Of a stretch of DNA of 53,786 nucleotides, positions 10,842 to 22,835 are shown in pieces. Both the position numbers and the translations under genes were made by a program. Numbering within the stretch: the stretch's first letter is position 1; the number at the start of each line of letters is the position of its first letter. The DNA lies in contig UYFQ01000114.1 of the NCBI GenBank assembly GCA_900617105.1, positions 1 through 53,786 on the forward strand, in the 5' to 3' direction. The notes under the pieces are model-generated. The model worked only from the letters and a program-made list of their open reading frames with translations. It did no database searches and had not been told where the DNA came from. This stretch comes from Hydrurus foetidus. Lineage: Eukaryota.

Positions 10842-12133
10842 TTGAGCACCGTTGTGGTTTCTGGCAATCTTGTTATCGACGAATGCATGTCAGCGTGGAA
10901 AGGTGCAGAGAAATACGAGTGTATATTTGCTCTTCCTCACAAGACCAAGATCATGAGAAAGCCTGAGGGTATAGGCGCGGAATTGAAATCGCTGGCAGAC
11001 GGAGAATCCGGGATTTTAGTTAATTTAGAATTCATGGAAGGCAGAGATGCACAGGCACTGAAGGAGTTCTGTGATGTATATCCATCATCGATCGCATTGA
11101 CTCTTCGAGCAGTCAGACACTACTTCGGTACGGGGATCACCTTGCATGCTGATAGTGCGTTCAGCAGTGTCGCTACAGCGAAGGCATTGAGGAGCAGAGG
11201 TATATATTTCATGGGATGTGTCAAGACAGCTTGCAGAATGTTCCCGAAGAGATTCTTTCAAGAATGGTCGAATGATGATGACCTTATCAGAGGTAGCCAC
11301 AAGACACTGAAGACCACTATTACTCTCGAGGATGGTGTGACGATGGAGACCATCTTTGCCGTCGGATGGAAGGACAAGACGACAAAGACGATCGTTTGCA
11401 CTAGGGGGCTCACATCTGTGATGGGCAACCCATCTATGCGCCACAGAAGGCGTATTGTTGAAACCGATTATGGGCATGAGAACGATAGATATGACTTGCA
11501 TATTCCTCGCCCCCAGGCGATAGAAATGTTTTTCAGCTGCTTCTCGAATATCGACGTACACGATCATTATCGTCAGGGATCATTAGCGCTTGAGAGAAAC
11601 TGGAATACGAAGACTTGGTGGCATCGCTTATTCGCGACATTGTTTGGGATGGTATGTACCGATGCGTTCCTTGCATACAGATTAGAGACCAGAAACAGGC
11701 AGATGGGGGGCGAAGTGGGATTGAATTGCTAAAAAGATTTCCTTCATAGATTAGCGTACCAGCTGATTCATAATGGTGGTGTTCAACGTCGACTAAGGAG
11801 AAGAAATGCAGCGGCTTTTGACGACGGGGAGGAGCCTCCGCAGGTAACTAGTACTTTGTATAAAAAATCGGTGCAACTCAAGTTCTTGATTATTCTTGTC
11901 ATATCTCCTAGGATCATCGCCTGCTTCCTCTCAGAGAGCTGCCTGCATACGCTGGACTGGCGATAAACATGCGAGCAAAACGCAGATGTGTCATGGATGG
12001 ATGTGATAAACAAACTTCTTACTATTGTGAGACCTGTAGTGATGTTGTGAACATGAGAATCATCATTTGCGTCTGTAACCCGCACAACAAACCACAGTCA
12101 ATGTGTCATTTCGATCACATAGCAAATAACTAA
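10842..12133 (+). pseudogene. piggyBac-like (PGBD) DDD transposase, 5'-truncated, with spliced cysteine-rich C-terminal domain
   Basis: VIDECM, HADSAFSS, IDVHDHYRQ and WWHRLF motifs; in-frame TAA at 11730-11732; GT-AG intron 11844-11911 joins to CVMDGC...YYCETC...CVC...CHFDH* ending 12133. Confidence 0.85.
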
Positions 12134-12200
12134 AAGTAGAGAGAAGACTTGAAAGTTTCACTTTTGGAGCTTATAACTCGAGATAACAGAGGTCATAGGA

Positions 12201-12244
12201 CTGGTGCACCGGTGCATCAAAACCCTGATGCACCGGTGCACCAG
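12201..12244. repeat. Perfect 19-bp inverted repeat near the putative piggyBac right end
   Basis: CTGGTGCACCGGTGCATCA-aaaccc-TGATGCACCGGTGCACCAG; TTAA at 12264-12267. Confidence 0.85.
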
Positions 12245-12516
12245 AAAATCGGGAGAGAAGAGCTTAATTTTTGAACGGTACGGTATATGGAACGCACTGA
12301 TTTATGCACCGCATACTCGAAATCTATACGGTTTGTTTTTAAAAAGTGGATATGACAGCACATCATCTCATCCTATCCTCCATCGTTGAGCCCCTCGTTT
12401 ACAAATATTCGTATCTCGAAGAGTGTCACTGGAATCGTCTCGTCATCTCTGATCTCCTGTTTCGTCGTCTTGAAGTGGTTATCCAAATAGCAGCGTCAAC
12501 TCACTTTTCTCTCAAA

Positions 12517-15500
12517 ATGCACAGTTTCGATGTCGAGAAAAAGAGCCAAGAAGAGAACAAAAGGAAGATGGAGTTAGGCCAAAAATGGGTTTTTCTTGCT
12601 ACCTTCGTCAACTATGCGATGGCACACTGGACTAGAAAATCATACACCAACGTCAAAGTTCAATTGATGCGTGCCGGTGTTTCTCCCCTGACACTTACAG
12701 CAATGGACTCTGGGTTCATGTTCACATATGCAGGTGGATCTTTCATCACTGGGCAGTTGGGAGACCGCTTCTCTCCCGTCAATGTTGTTGGAGCAGGACT
12801 TCTGGGTTCAACAATGTGCTTGCTTCTCATTATCCTTGGGGCATCTACCTCCATCATCTCAAATGCGGCGATCTGTGGCACATTCTTCTTGACGTGTCAA
12901 ATGCTTCACGGCGCATTCCAGGCGACAGGAGGACCGGTAAGAAGAAAGTAATTCCCCCAACGAGCCATCTACTTTTCCTGCGGCCACGCTGTTATTAGAT
13001 GAGAAGCGTATCAATCTACTTGCCTCGAGAGCGTGTCTGATATACTGTGGAAATATGAACGTCAGGTGAACACTGCCATTATGGGCAACTGGTGGCCCGC
13101 CAAGGGCAGAGGACTCATCTTCGGACTGTGGACCTGCCACCAGTATATCGGAGATATCGTTGCCGCCCTTGCTGCTGGTGTTCTTCTTAACAGTGGATAC
13201 GACTACAGATGGTACGTTCCTCAAACTAGTTATTTAGTACGTTTTGATGGAGAAGGCAACATCAATATGTCTATGACCGCTTGGTTGAAATTTCTTAATA
13301 TCCTGATGACGAGTACTCATTCAAAAAATATGGAAGTTCACTGATTGAAGCCACCGATTATATTACTACCTACTCGTGACAGGTGCCTGATCATTCCCGC
13401 TGTATTGAACGGAGTGTGGGCGTTCATCAATTTCACTCAAGTACCAAGCACCCCTGAGGAGTTTGGGTGAGTCGTTTTACTACATATTTAGAGCGCCTAT
13501 ATTTTGATTGCTGCGTACGAGCTTTCTCACGCGCGTTCCAAGAAGAGCTGCATACGTCACACATACCATGAGTTATATCTAAGTTGACTGCACACCATAT
13601 TCCATGCACCCGAAATCACTGCCAACTGTATACAGTTTACATGGATTGTTATTCAATAGCAATCTGATTCAGACATTACGGCGTGTTTGGAACAAGATGC
13701 GAAAAACACAAAATGGAGGGATGCCAAGATGAACAGTGTCAACCTCAATCTTACTGCAACTCGCCCCTTCCCTCTCTTACACGCCAGCATTGAGACGGAG
13801 AGCTCTCGCCAGGCAGCTGAGAATGCTTCAAAGGGCCTCGCTGAAGACGTCAAGGCGCCCATCGGATTCTTTGAGGTGAAGCAGGGAGATCCCATCGTGA
13901 AAGTGCTGCTGCCATTCTCCTCTCTTCTTCACCTCAAATGCAGTATCGCGCCTCCGTCACATTCCTCACATCCATCTGTATCTGTCCATTAACTCACCTC
14001 ACAGGCTTTCATGCTTCCTAACGTGATGAACTACGCTGTGGCCTTCGGATTCTTTAAATTGGTGAGGAGGAAAAGAAGAGAAGGAGAATACACTGCGCTC
14101 TTCCTCTCTATTTTATTTGCTGTTAGACTATTGCTTCCGTGATGAGTGTTAGCGACAACAGTTGGCGACAAAATGTCTTTACCATCTACTGCCAACATGC
14201 CTCTTTTGCTTAGTGTAAACTACTCGCCCAGACTTCCTTTCTAAAATCCGACGCATTTCCCACTCGATTGCATCTTTCTCTGCATTTTTGACCCTTTCCT
14301 CTCCCTTCCCTTCCCACCTTCCCTCTTATCTTTCGAAGGTTAACTACGCGATGTTCTTCCAGCTACCCGTCATTCTCTCTGACCACTTTCCCCCAGCAAC
14401 ATCGAATTTGATTTCCGCTCTTTACTCCGTTGGAATGATGCCTGGAGGCATTGTATGCGGGTGGTGAGTGAGTGGTGATACATGCGCATGAATCTCCAAC
14501 ACTATGTTCTATGATCGCTACGCTACTGCGCTTAGTGACTGCGGCTCTATAGTAGCAGATGGTATTGGATTCGACACACACCCAACTAACTTCCTTGAAA
14601 TTATCTGTCTGTGAAGCTCCGTCCTTCCCTCTCAACCATTCTCTGTCTCATATCTGTCCATCCGCCTGTCCGTCATCTTCTTACAGGGTGTCGGATCTGT
14701 ACGGTGGCCGCAGAGCGTGCGTCATCGGAACATTCATGGGTACATGATCTTTGTCCACAATGCCCTACATTACCGCGTTGCGCCTTGTTTTTTGTGGCGT
14801 CTTCTTCATTCCCTAATTGTCCACAATCCCACCCCCACCCCTCAATGGCACCCAACCGTCTTTCCATCCCACCCACCTATTCTAACTTTTCGGATACCAG
14901 TAAGAATCTATCTAATTGTATCGTACAGTATTTGCCATGTAGATCCTCTCGCCTCAACTTGTCTTACTTGTCATGTCGAATCACACGGATGCAACATACT
15001 GCACGATTTCAAGTGACCCAAAACTATCTTCCACTGTGATCAACTCAATTTACCTCTCTCCACTTCTTCTCTCATCAACAGGCATCCTATGCCCTCTACT
15101 CTACATATTCGCTGAGTACATGAATGACATCCCAGTCACCATTCTGCTGCTCCTCCTCGCCTTCATGGGATGTCTAGTGGGTGGACCAAATAACATCATC
15201 ACATCCGCTGTAGCTGCCGATCTAGCTGACGATCCGTCCATCAAGGGAAACAACAAGGTGGACTATCACCACCAACTACAAGCCTTATTTACCTCCTCCA
15301 TCCTATACCAGTCATACAGCACCACCCTCGATGATTCTTATTTATTGATGAAACCTATTTTGTTTTCTCTCTTAGGCCTTAGGCACCGTAACTGGAATCA
15401 TCAACGGTTCAGGATCCGTGACAGCGGCATTGGGGCAATTAGCCATTCCAATTCTGTACAAGATGGGTCTAACAGACAATGTAGGATACCGGTATGTGTG

Positions 15501-15657
15501 GTTCTTCCTCATCCTCTGCACGGCTGTGGGCACTTCTCTGCTCTCTCCCAGGATATACAAGGAGCTGTACCCCAGAGAAGCGCCCCTTCTGCAGCTAGAC
15601 CCTCATCAGCCAACACGTGCTGGCTACTCGGCAGTCAATGGCAGCGACAGAGCATAG
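12517..15657 (+). CDS. MFS organophosphate:Pi antiporter (SLC37/GlpT-UhpC family), multi-exon
   Basis: HWTRKSY, GQLGDRFSP, FQATGGP|VNTAIMGNWWPAKGRGLIFGLW, VGGPNNIITSAVAADL and GIINGSGS motifs; GT-AG introns (first 12937-13065). Confidence 0.9.
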
Positions 15658-16485
15658 ACGTCACTCTCTTTTCTTTTCACTCAGTTCACTGTTTGCATAC
15701 CGTTCGTTCTCGCTCTCTTTCTTCCTCTCCACTCACCACCCTCACATGAGTCATTCATCCGTTCTGGGATTTCGCCCTTTAACCAGCCTTTGTATTTTAA
15801 TACCGACAACTCGAAGCCTGTTGGATTTTTGAATAGCACCCGTCCGTACGGCGCGAGTGCCGTACGTGCGCACAATCAAGTTTCATCTATACGAATTACT
15901 TCAGATCGAATAACTGAGATGCATGCGTTGTATGACTTCTACCAGACCAAACCACAGCAGTATCTAAAAAATCTGACTGCAGATATCGCCATGCCGCATT
16001 CCTTTGGTCACAACCACAACAACTGTGTCAGGAAGAGACATCGACATTGCAACATCACACTGATTGCCGAGACAAATGCATCATACTTCATTTAAGTTCT
16101 ACAACCACTCTTGAAGTCCAGTACATCGGACGAGGTAAGAAGCAGGAATGCTGAATTTATGAGAAACGGAAAGTGATCTAGTAGTCTGCGACCATGCTAC
16201 TTAGCAAAGTTGTGAAGGAAAAGAAGAGTCAGCTCAGACGTATGTTTCAATGCATGTACTGGTACTCATGAAGATTTATGTCTTTATGACTGCATGTCTA
16301 TGTAAGTGCTGACTCCGATATCGCCTACTGTGGCATCTCCCGATCGTCTACTCAAAGGCCATTCATCAACTTAAAAGCAACTTGAGAAGTGTAGGTACAT
16401 AAACTTTGAGCAGCCTCAACTTGCTGCACAGACACTGACATGCACTTGAAGTCCAAGCTCACCACGCATGTTGTGTTCCTCGCCT

Positions 16486-19400
16486 CTATTTCTTCAAGTC
16501 TGCAGTGTAAGTTTTAATGGGCTCAAGGGACATAGTTCTCTTGAAGTGTGCTGCATTCTTCACCACCACTGTGTTGCTCTTCTCAGGAACAGTGGGGTAC
16601 TTTGTGCCTTTGCCGAAGAACTGAGAGGAGCACTTCCGCCTCTCAGCGCTGCTGGCGGACAAGTGCAGGTCAAAGAACTTCAAGCATTCCGAAAGATCCA
16701 CAGATCTCAAGTGCTTTGCAAGTCTTTCTTTTCTATCGAATAAATAGGTGGCGCTCTTTATTTCCTCCCAGTATCTTGCGGATTCTTGGTCCAGGTTCTT
16801 GGGCTTCTCCAACATCTTCTCAACTACCGCTTGAATGTTAGTCTGCAGCTCCTCTACAGTGAAGGAAGACAGCTTCTCCCTGAAGCCCAAAAGGAAGTCC
16901 TCAACTCTTTGATCCAAGTAAGTTGGGTCTTTGTGACTAGACTGCACGATCATCTGCAGCCCACACATGTGCCCCACCTTCTTAGTCGATGTGTGTACTA
17001 TGTAGCCTAGTTGTTCTTTAGTGCGCAGCTGGTCGAAGGCAGGTTCGGATATAAGGTGCGCCATAAGTTCTAGGAGACTTTCATCCCTGATCTGACTGAC
17101 CACTGAGTTTGAAGCATCCACATCTGTGCTCAGATGATAACCCGCGTAGTCCCCCACGATGAGGAACACTTCCACGGCACTGTTGGGCTCCTTGGGATTC
17201 ATCGTCTTGGAGTGCTGCCTGTAGATGTACTCCTTCCCCTTGGGGAGACTCACGATGCGCCTCAAGGGCTCCTGTGACGCTGAGAGAGGGAGGAAGTCCA
17301 GAGTCTTCACGATGGAGGCTGAAAGGCTCCCTGCCTCCTCCGCTGTAGCATTGCCGTGTATGAGGACATCTGCCTTCATATGACGCACAAGCTGGGCGGA
17401 GAAAGAATGGAAGTCTGCCAACGTGGCGCCTGAAAGAGCTGCGTACTTCTCTTCACTAGACCATCTAGGATCTTCCAGACAGACTGCGAACCCCAAGAGG
17501 CAGTGGTAGTAGGGCTGTCCGAACTTGAAGTTGTAGTACGACCTCAGCACCTTCTCCTTGACCCTTGTGAAGCAGTCGGCAGGACAAGGGGTCTCCCCGC
17601 CCAACTTCTTCATTTCCTCCAGTACTTTGCTTACCAACACGGGCAGCTTGTGCTGATATCCAAAAAACATGATCTCTATGCCTCCTTTAGCCAGCTTAAC
17701 ATCGCATTGCAGTCCCGCGCAGTCAGCATAGTAAGAGTACTCTGACAGGACTTCTTTGAGACAGGAGCAGAACACCTCTGTAAGAGCGACTCCGAAGGGG
17801 GTGGTGAGGGACTGGAGGGTTTCCAGGGACACCATGACGTTCACTTTGGGCACCTTCCAAGTAGTGTCTTGCAAGAACCATGTAGATAGCACCTACAATG
17901 CAGGAGAGATAACAATGATTGTGAGTGCGAAGCAATAGACAATTCTGCAGAGTACTTGTCATTATAGTAGTGGAAATCAGCCATGAACGTCTTGCGTAGT
18001 GTCAGTCATCGCACTAGGTGGAGCACATCTGACAGACAGTGGGCCCTAAAACAGTATAGATGGCGACATCTCTGTGTCACCTTGCCCTCGAGAGGCGGAA
18101 GCTGTCCCGCAGGTTCCTCCTCTTCTTCCTCTTCTATATCATCATCCTTCGCCTCTTCCGCAACAGGTTCATCGGCTGTTTCATCCTCTTTCGCTTCAGC
18201 AGATACAACTGTGTCCGCTACAATCTCCACTACCTCTTCTTCTATTTCTATGGATAAGGTGGTCATGCACTGGATAAGATCGGGCACTGCCTTTGCCTCG
18301 CTAGCAGCCACAGCAACAGCAGCATCCAGAGAAGCAGGAGATGCTGATGTGGCAGTTGTTGATTTTCTGATGTCGAAGTCAGTAGGCACGAATGGATTCT
18401 TCAAAGGCAGAAACACCGATTCTGCCCACTCGCTAGTGCCCTGCAGACACTGAGTCCATCTGTCTATTTGAGAGACTTTGTCGAGAGGAAACATGTTGTA
18501 GTCCGTGCCGTACCACTTCTCCTTTAGAGTAGTTGTACCAGCAAAACCTATTTGCGTCAAAAGATAAGTGTGTTCTGAAGTTAGATGTGCTCTAAATATT
18601 TCAGCATAATTTCTTATGCGAAGTAATGATTGTAAATAGGGCGTGCTGGAAGCAAAATTTGTTATTCTCGCGATTATTGGTTCATTCAGCTCCTCAACCA
18701 CCGACCTTTGTGCTTGATGATAACAAAGCTGTTAGCAGGTGTGAGGAACTTAATATAATCCCAAGACGCCTGGATGTCCATCTCGAATAGCAACTCTGGG
18801 CCACTAACCTTTTGTAACGAGAAAAGAAAGAGGAAGGAATAAAGGATGGGGAGGGAGAGAAAAAGGGAGTGGGATAAGGGCAGCTACAGAAGGTAGCAAC
18901 ATCATAAGCAGCTCTACACTACCATACTAGCCCTTACAAATCACTTACAATGTGGGCGGGTGAGGAGATCTGCATGCTGTTGGCCAGCCGAGTCACATAT
19001 GAGGATGCGTCTATCTTGTCGATGAAGCGGAAGTTCAACTCATCTATTTCTTTTGCTTCCTGTAGAATCCATTGGGTGGGACCGGCTTTGAGCAACATTC
19101 CTTCAGTGCAGAACATTTCGTAGTATAGGAAGATTAAAGGGAAATATCATCTCTAATGTGACAAGTAAGAAATTGCTTCTGTTAGGCTGTGTGATACAAC
19201 CCTGTCACTGTCAGTAAAAGCACTGCACTGACATAGCGTAGATGCAGCTAACCTACGTATGCGAAGACGCAAGCCACTATGTCGTCTGTGTGGCCCACTC
19301 CCTCGTCAGTCAGCTCAATGCTGATGCCAAAACACGCAAAGTCCGTGTAAGACTGGAACATAAAGGACCTGAAAGAGATAGCGTTTGAAGATATTCGAGT

Positions 19401-21047
19401 GAGAAATGTGACATATCAGTGGAGTGTTAAGTTACGCTGTGTGGGCGATTCTGTTAAGTCTCTGTCTCGCTCGCTCAGATGAATAAAAACGACGTTTTTG
19501 CGTTAGAAGATATTGCTATCCATGCATCAGAAGCAAACAATGTGTTCACCAAATCGGACAAAGCAGTGTCGTCGCCCATTGAAGCAATGACGAGGTTAAA
19601 GGAAACAACTGTCGGACAGACGCCAACATGGATTAATAACGATGCAGTATCACTTACCCCAGACCGTTTGCCCAGCCCTTGACCTTGAGGGCACTTAATA
19701 TAGACCCCGCACTTTCGTGTCCGATCAAATGACTCAGGCATCTGTATACAGGTAGTGTCCAAGATTTGATTCGTATGCATAAGAGAGTTATACAGCAGAG
19801 AATGAATTAAATAGGCATGTCGCTATCTACTTGACTCTAGACATCGCAGTGTGACTGTGAAGTTACTGACCTTACTGGCTTGGTGAGGTACAAGTGCTCG
19901 ACAGCTGGTGTGGGGAAGAAAATGTCCAGATTCTTCGAATCTCTGCAGAAACAGAAGTGACAGTGATACTGAATTGAGTTATGACAGATCAGGGAAAGGT
20001 GCTGATCAGCAAATTTCGATAGCAATTGTATAATTTCACCGAAAAGGGTTCGACTTCGCGCCAACAGCATGCAATGACTAGCGTAATATCATGAAATTTA
20101 GTTTTAGTTGTATTTGGCCTGAGCTGCCAAATAACTCGCAGTGCAAAAATTATCCAATTCAACTTCTACTCATCGCTCACCTCACAGGCACTACTTGGAT
20201 GCATTTCGACACTTGCATGGGGCCGTAGGGATCACTAGGAAATCGAGGGGATGAGAGTTTTTTGTCAGGAATGGCAGAGAACTTTTCCTCAACCCACTTC
20301 TGCATTGTGTCCAAGGAGTCACTTCCGTAAACAGCGAGTTTCATAATGTTCGAAGAGTAGTACTTGTTGTAGAACTCGATGACAATGTCCCTGGGGTTTA
20401 GTCCCGTACTCTCTGGAATCGTCATCAATGTCTCAGCATTTCCAGTTGAGAAGGAGCAGAAAGGGTGATCCTCACGTGCACAAGATTTCATGAGCTGGTA
20501 GTGACGCCATTGATCGGACTGGGAAAAGCGAGTTTTGATTGAGTCTATCAATTTTGCATTCGTGTGAAATGTAACATTCTTACACTACCTGTAGATTCTT
20601 CTGATTCTCGCTGTCAACAGCATTAGTTTCGCGGGCTGTAGCTGCTTCGCTGAACAGTGGACACGTGAAGAAAGAAGAGAACATGTTCAAGGCTTCTTCA
20701 AAAGCACTATTCTGCACGTCGAAGTAGTAAACCGTGTTTTCCTGGTCTGTGTAGGCATTTGACATTCCGCCATGACTGTTAAGGAATGACGAATAGGCAT
20801 TCTCCACAGGATATGTTGCGGTTCCCAGGAAAAGCATGTGCTCGAGAAAGTGCGCAAGCCCTGGCATTTCTTTGGGATCTGCCATCGAGCCAACACGGAC
20901 ATCCACACATGCGCTCGATTTCTCAGTTTCCTCATCATGCACAAGAATTACAGATAGCCGGTTGGGTAGTATTAAGTAGCGGTAACTCCTTTTATCATTC
21001 GGCGAAATTTCAACGATCGTATTAGCGGCAAGCATACTCGATGCCAT
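16486..21047 (-). CDS. IDE: Insulin-degrading enzyme (insulysin)-like M16A metallopeptidase, multi-exon
   Basis: SPNDKRSYR, GLAHFLEHMLFLG (inverted zinc motif HxxEH), FSTGN, LPLKNPFVPTDF and AFDQLRTKEQLGY. Confidence 0.93.
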
Positions 21048-21452
21048 ATGACTGGGCAGCCTCGTGGACGGTTTGAGGAGCCGAAATTCAAATTACTTTG
21101 TTGAGATCGATATGATGTCTTTTATCTTCAATCTTCAATGGAATGAGAATGAGAATTGGTCGAAAGGACTGTTCCATGTTCCATGTTCTATTTCAAACCG
21201 GATAGTTTTCAAAGATCAAATTTTCGATTTCGATTTTTTCAAATTTCAAAAAAATTCTTACCGCAGGCGGCAGGTCCGCACCTACATAATATATGATATA
21301 TGATAGGTAAAGCGACCACTCATATCGTCAGTTTAATGAAGCATTGGGGACCACCTCCATGAATTTACGAAATGACTTCTTATCCAAATTCTTCGCAAAT
21401 TCATTGAAGATTTTTTTTGAATAAAATTCAAACAATCATCTGTTTTAACACG

Positions 21453-22024
21453 ATGTCGCACCTACTCGACGATCTTCCAAACAACGGTGGTTTTCTGACT
21501 AACCTGAGCAATCATCAACGACATATAATGCTACGAGCCCCAAAATGCACTATTTTCGCCATGAAGAAAGTTGAAGATCTTAAGATTCAAGGTGATGAAG
21601 CACAGCCCTATTGTCTGAAAACGTAGGAATCCTGACATGACCATCATTCGCCAACTTCTTTCTTGCAGTCGTGAGAAATTCATGTAACTTAACGCTGCGG
21701 AATTTCACAAAGAAATCACAGACGAAAGTGGTTGTTGCGAGTGCGGGGGTAACCGATGTTATAGCTGGGCCATCCTTGCTGCCAATTCAGTTGGAAAACC
21801 GAAAGTACGACTCGAATACGTCAACAAAATCATCTGTCCTGGGCTCCAATAAAGCGGTGACAAATAGGTCAGCTCAGATGATAACATCGCAGAAGAGGTC
21901 GCTAAGCGCAAGTTCAGCCCTTCGGGAACGATCGATAGGAAGTACAGTTGGATCAGCTATGCCAACATTCCGCACCAAATGTTATGGAAGCACTGATGCG
22001 AGTCACAAACGACCGAAAATGTAG
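21453..22024 (+). CDS. Small two-exon hypothetical protein (~164 aa), weakly DDA1-like N-terminus
   Basis: ATG 21453; GT-AG intron 21592-21668 joins ORFs 21417-21626 and 21671-22024 in frame; MSHLLDDLP start is reminiscent of DDA1 (unverified). Confidence 0.5.
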
Positions 22025-22835
22025 AGCGATTAGAAGCTCTTACAGCCGGAATGGCAGATCTGAGTGATAATTCTGCACTGATTGAAGCGGTAGAGAATCC
22101 TAGCATTATATACGGCTTCATCGTAGTGATTGAGAAAGAAGTCTTGTCATCGGATATCCGAGCGAGAACTCCTCGTGCCTTTCCGACCACTTGATGATAA
22201 CTCCAGTCAAATGTTGAAAGGATGGTCAAGAACCCACTGAATCAGCTGCTTGCTGGCGTGAATAAGTTTGCCGCCAACTTTCACCGCACTGGAGTATTCA
22301 AAGCGAAAAGTTCAATGAGTGCGTAAGACCACACTTCAATAAAATGGAAATAATGGATATAATGGCGTTGACCGAGCTCTTACAAAGTCGCAACACTCGA
22401 TTTTGCAGAAGACCCATTAAAATGATTTCGATACTGGGATAAATGGGATTTATCTGTGCAATACCATGAATTTCATCTTCCGCAGTAGGACAGCAATATC
22501 CTTTCTTTTTCAATGAAACTGTGCTGTGCATGTGTTGACTACCAATGCAATTCCGAGCTTAATAATACACAGCCGCTGCGCCTCTCTTCTTTATGGGCTG
22601 TAACTTAGAAAACACCTGATATCGTAGTAATACATTCTAGATTTCTACCGTAACAACACTACTATCTGGTACGGTAGACCCGGTAGACCCGGTAACAGTT
22701 ATCTTTGACTGGCAGTTTACAATTCACAAGTCACAGTTTCAAATTTACAACATGTTGTGGACAGTCGTTGGTAACTGCAGAGGGACGTGGAACTCAGCCG
22801 AGAAGATGCTGAGATAGAAAATCTCCCGCATTAAA

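Noticed and set aside
15846..15870. GC-rich hairpin between the convergent transporter and IDE genes as a terminator
   Set aside because: Eukaryotic context, no U-tract, short stem.
22665..22700. GGTAGACCC repeats resembling CCCGGTAG motifs in the Gypsy D LTR
   Set aside because: Too short; could be a promoter motif or chance.
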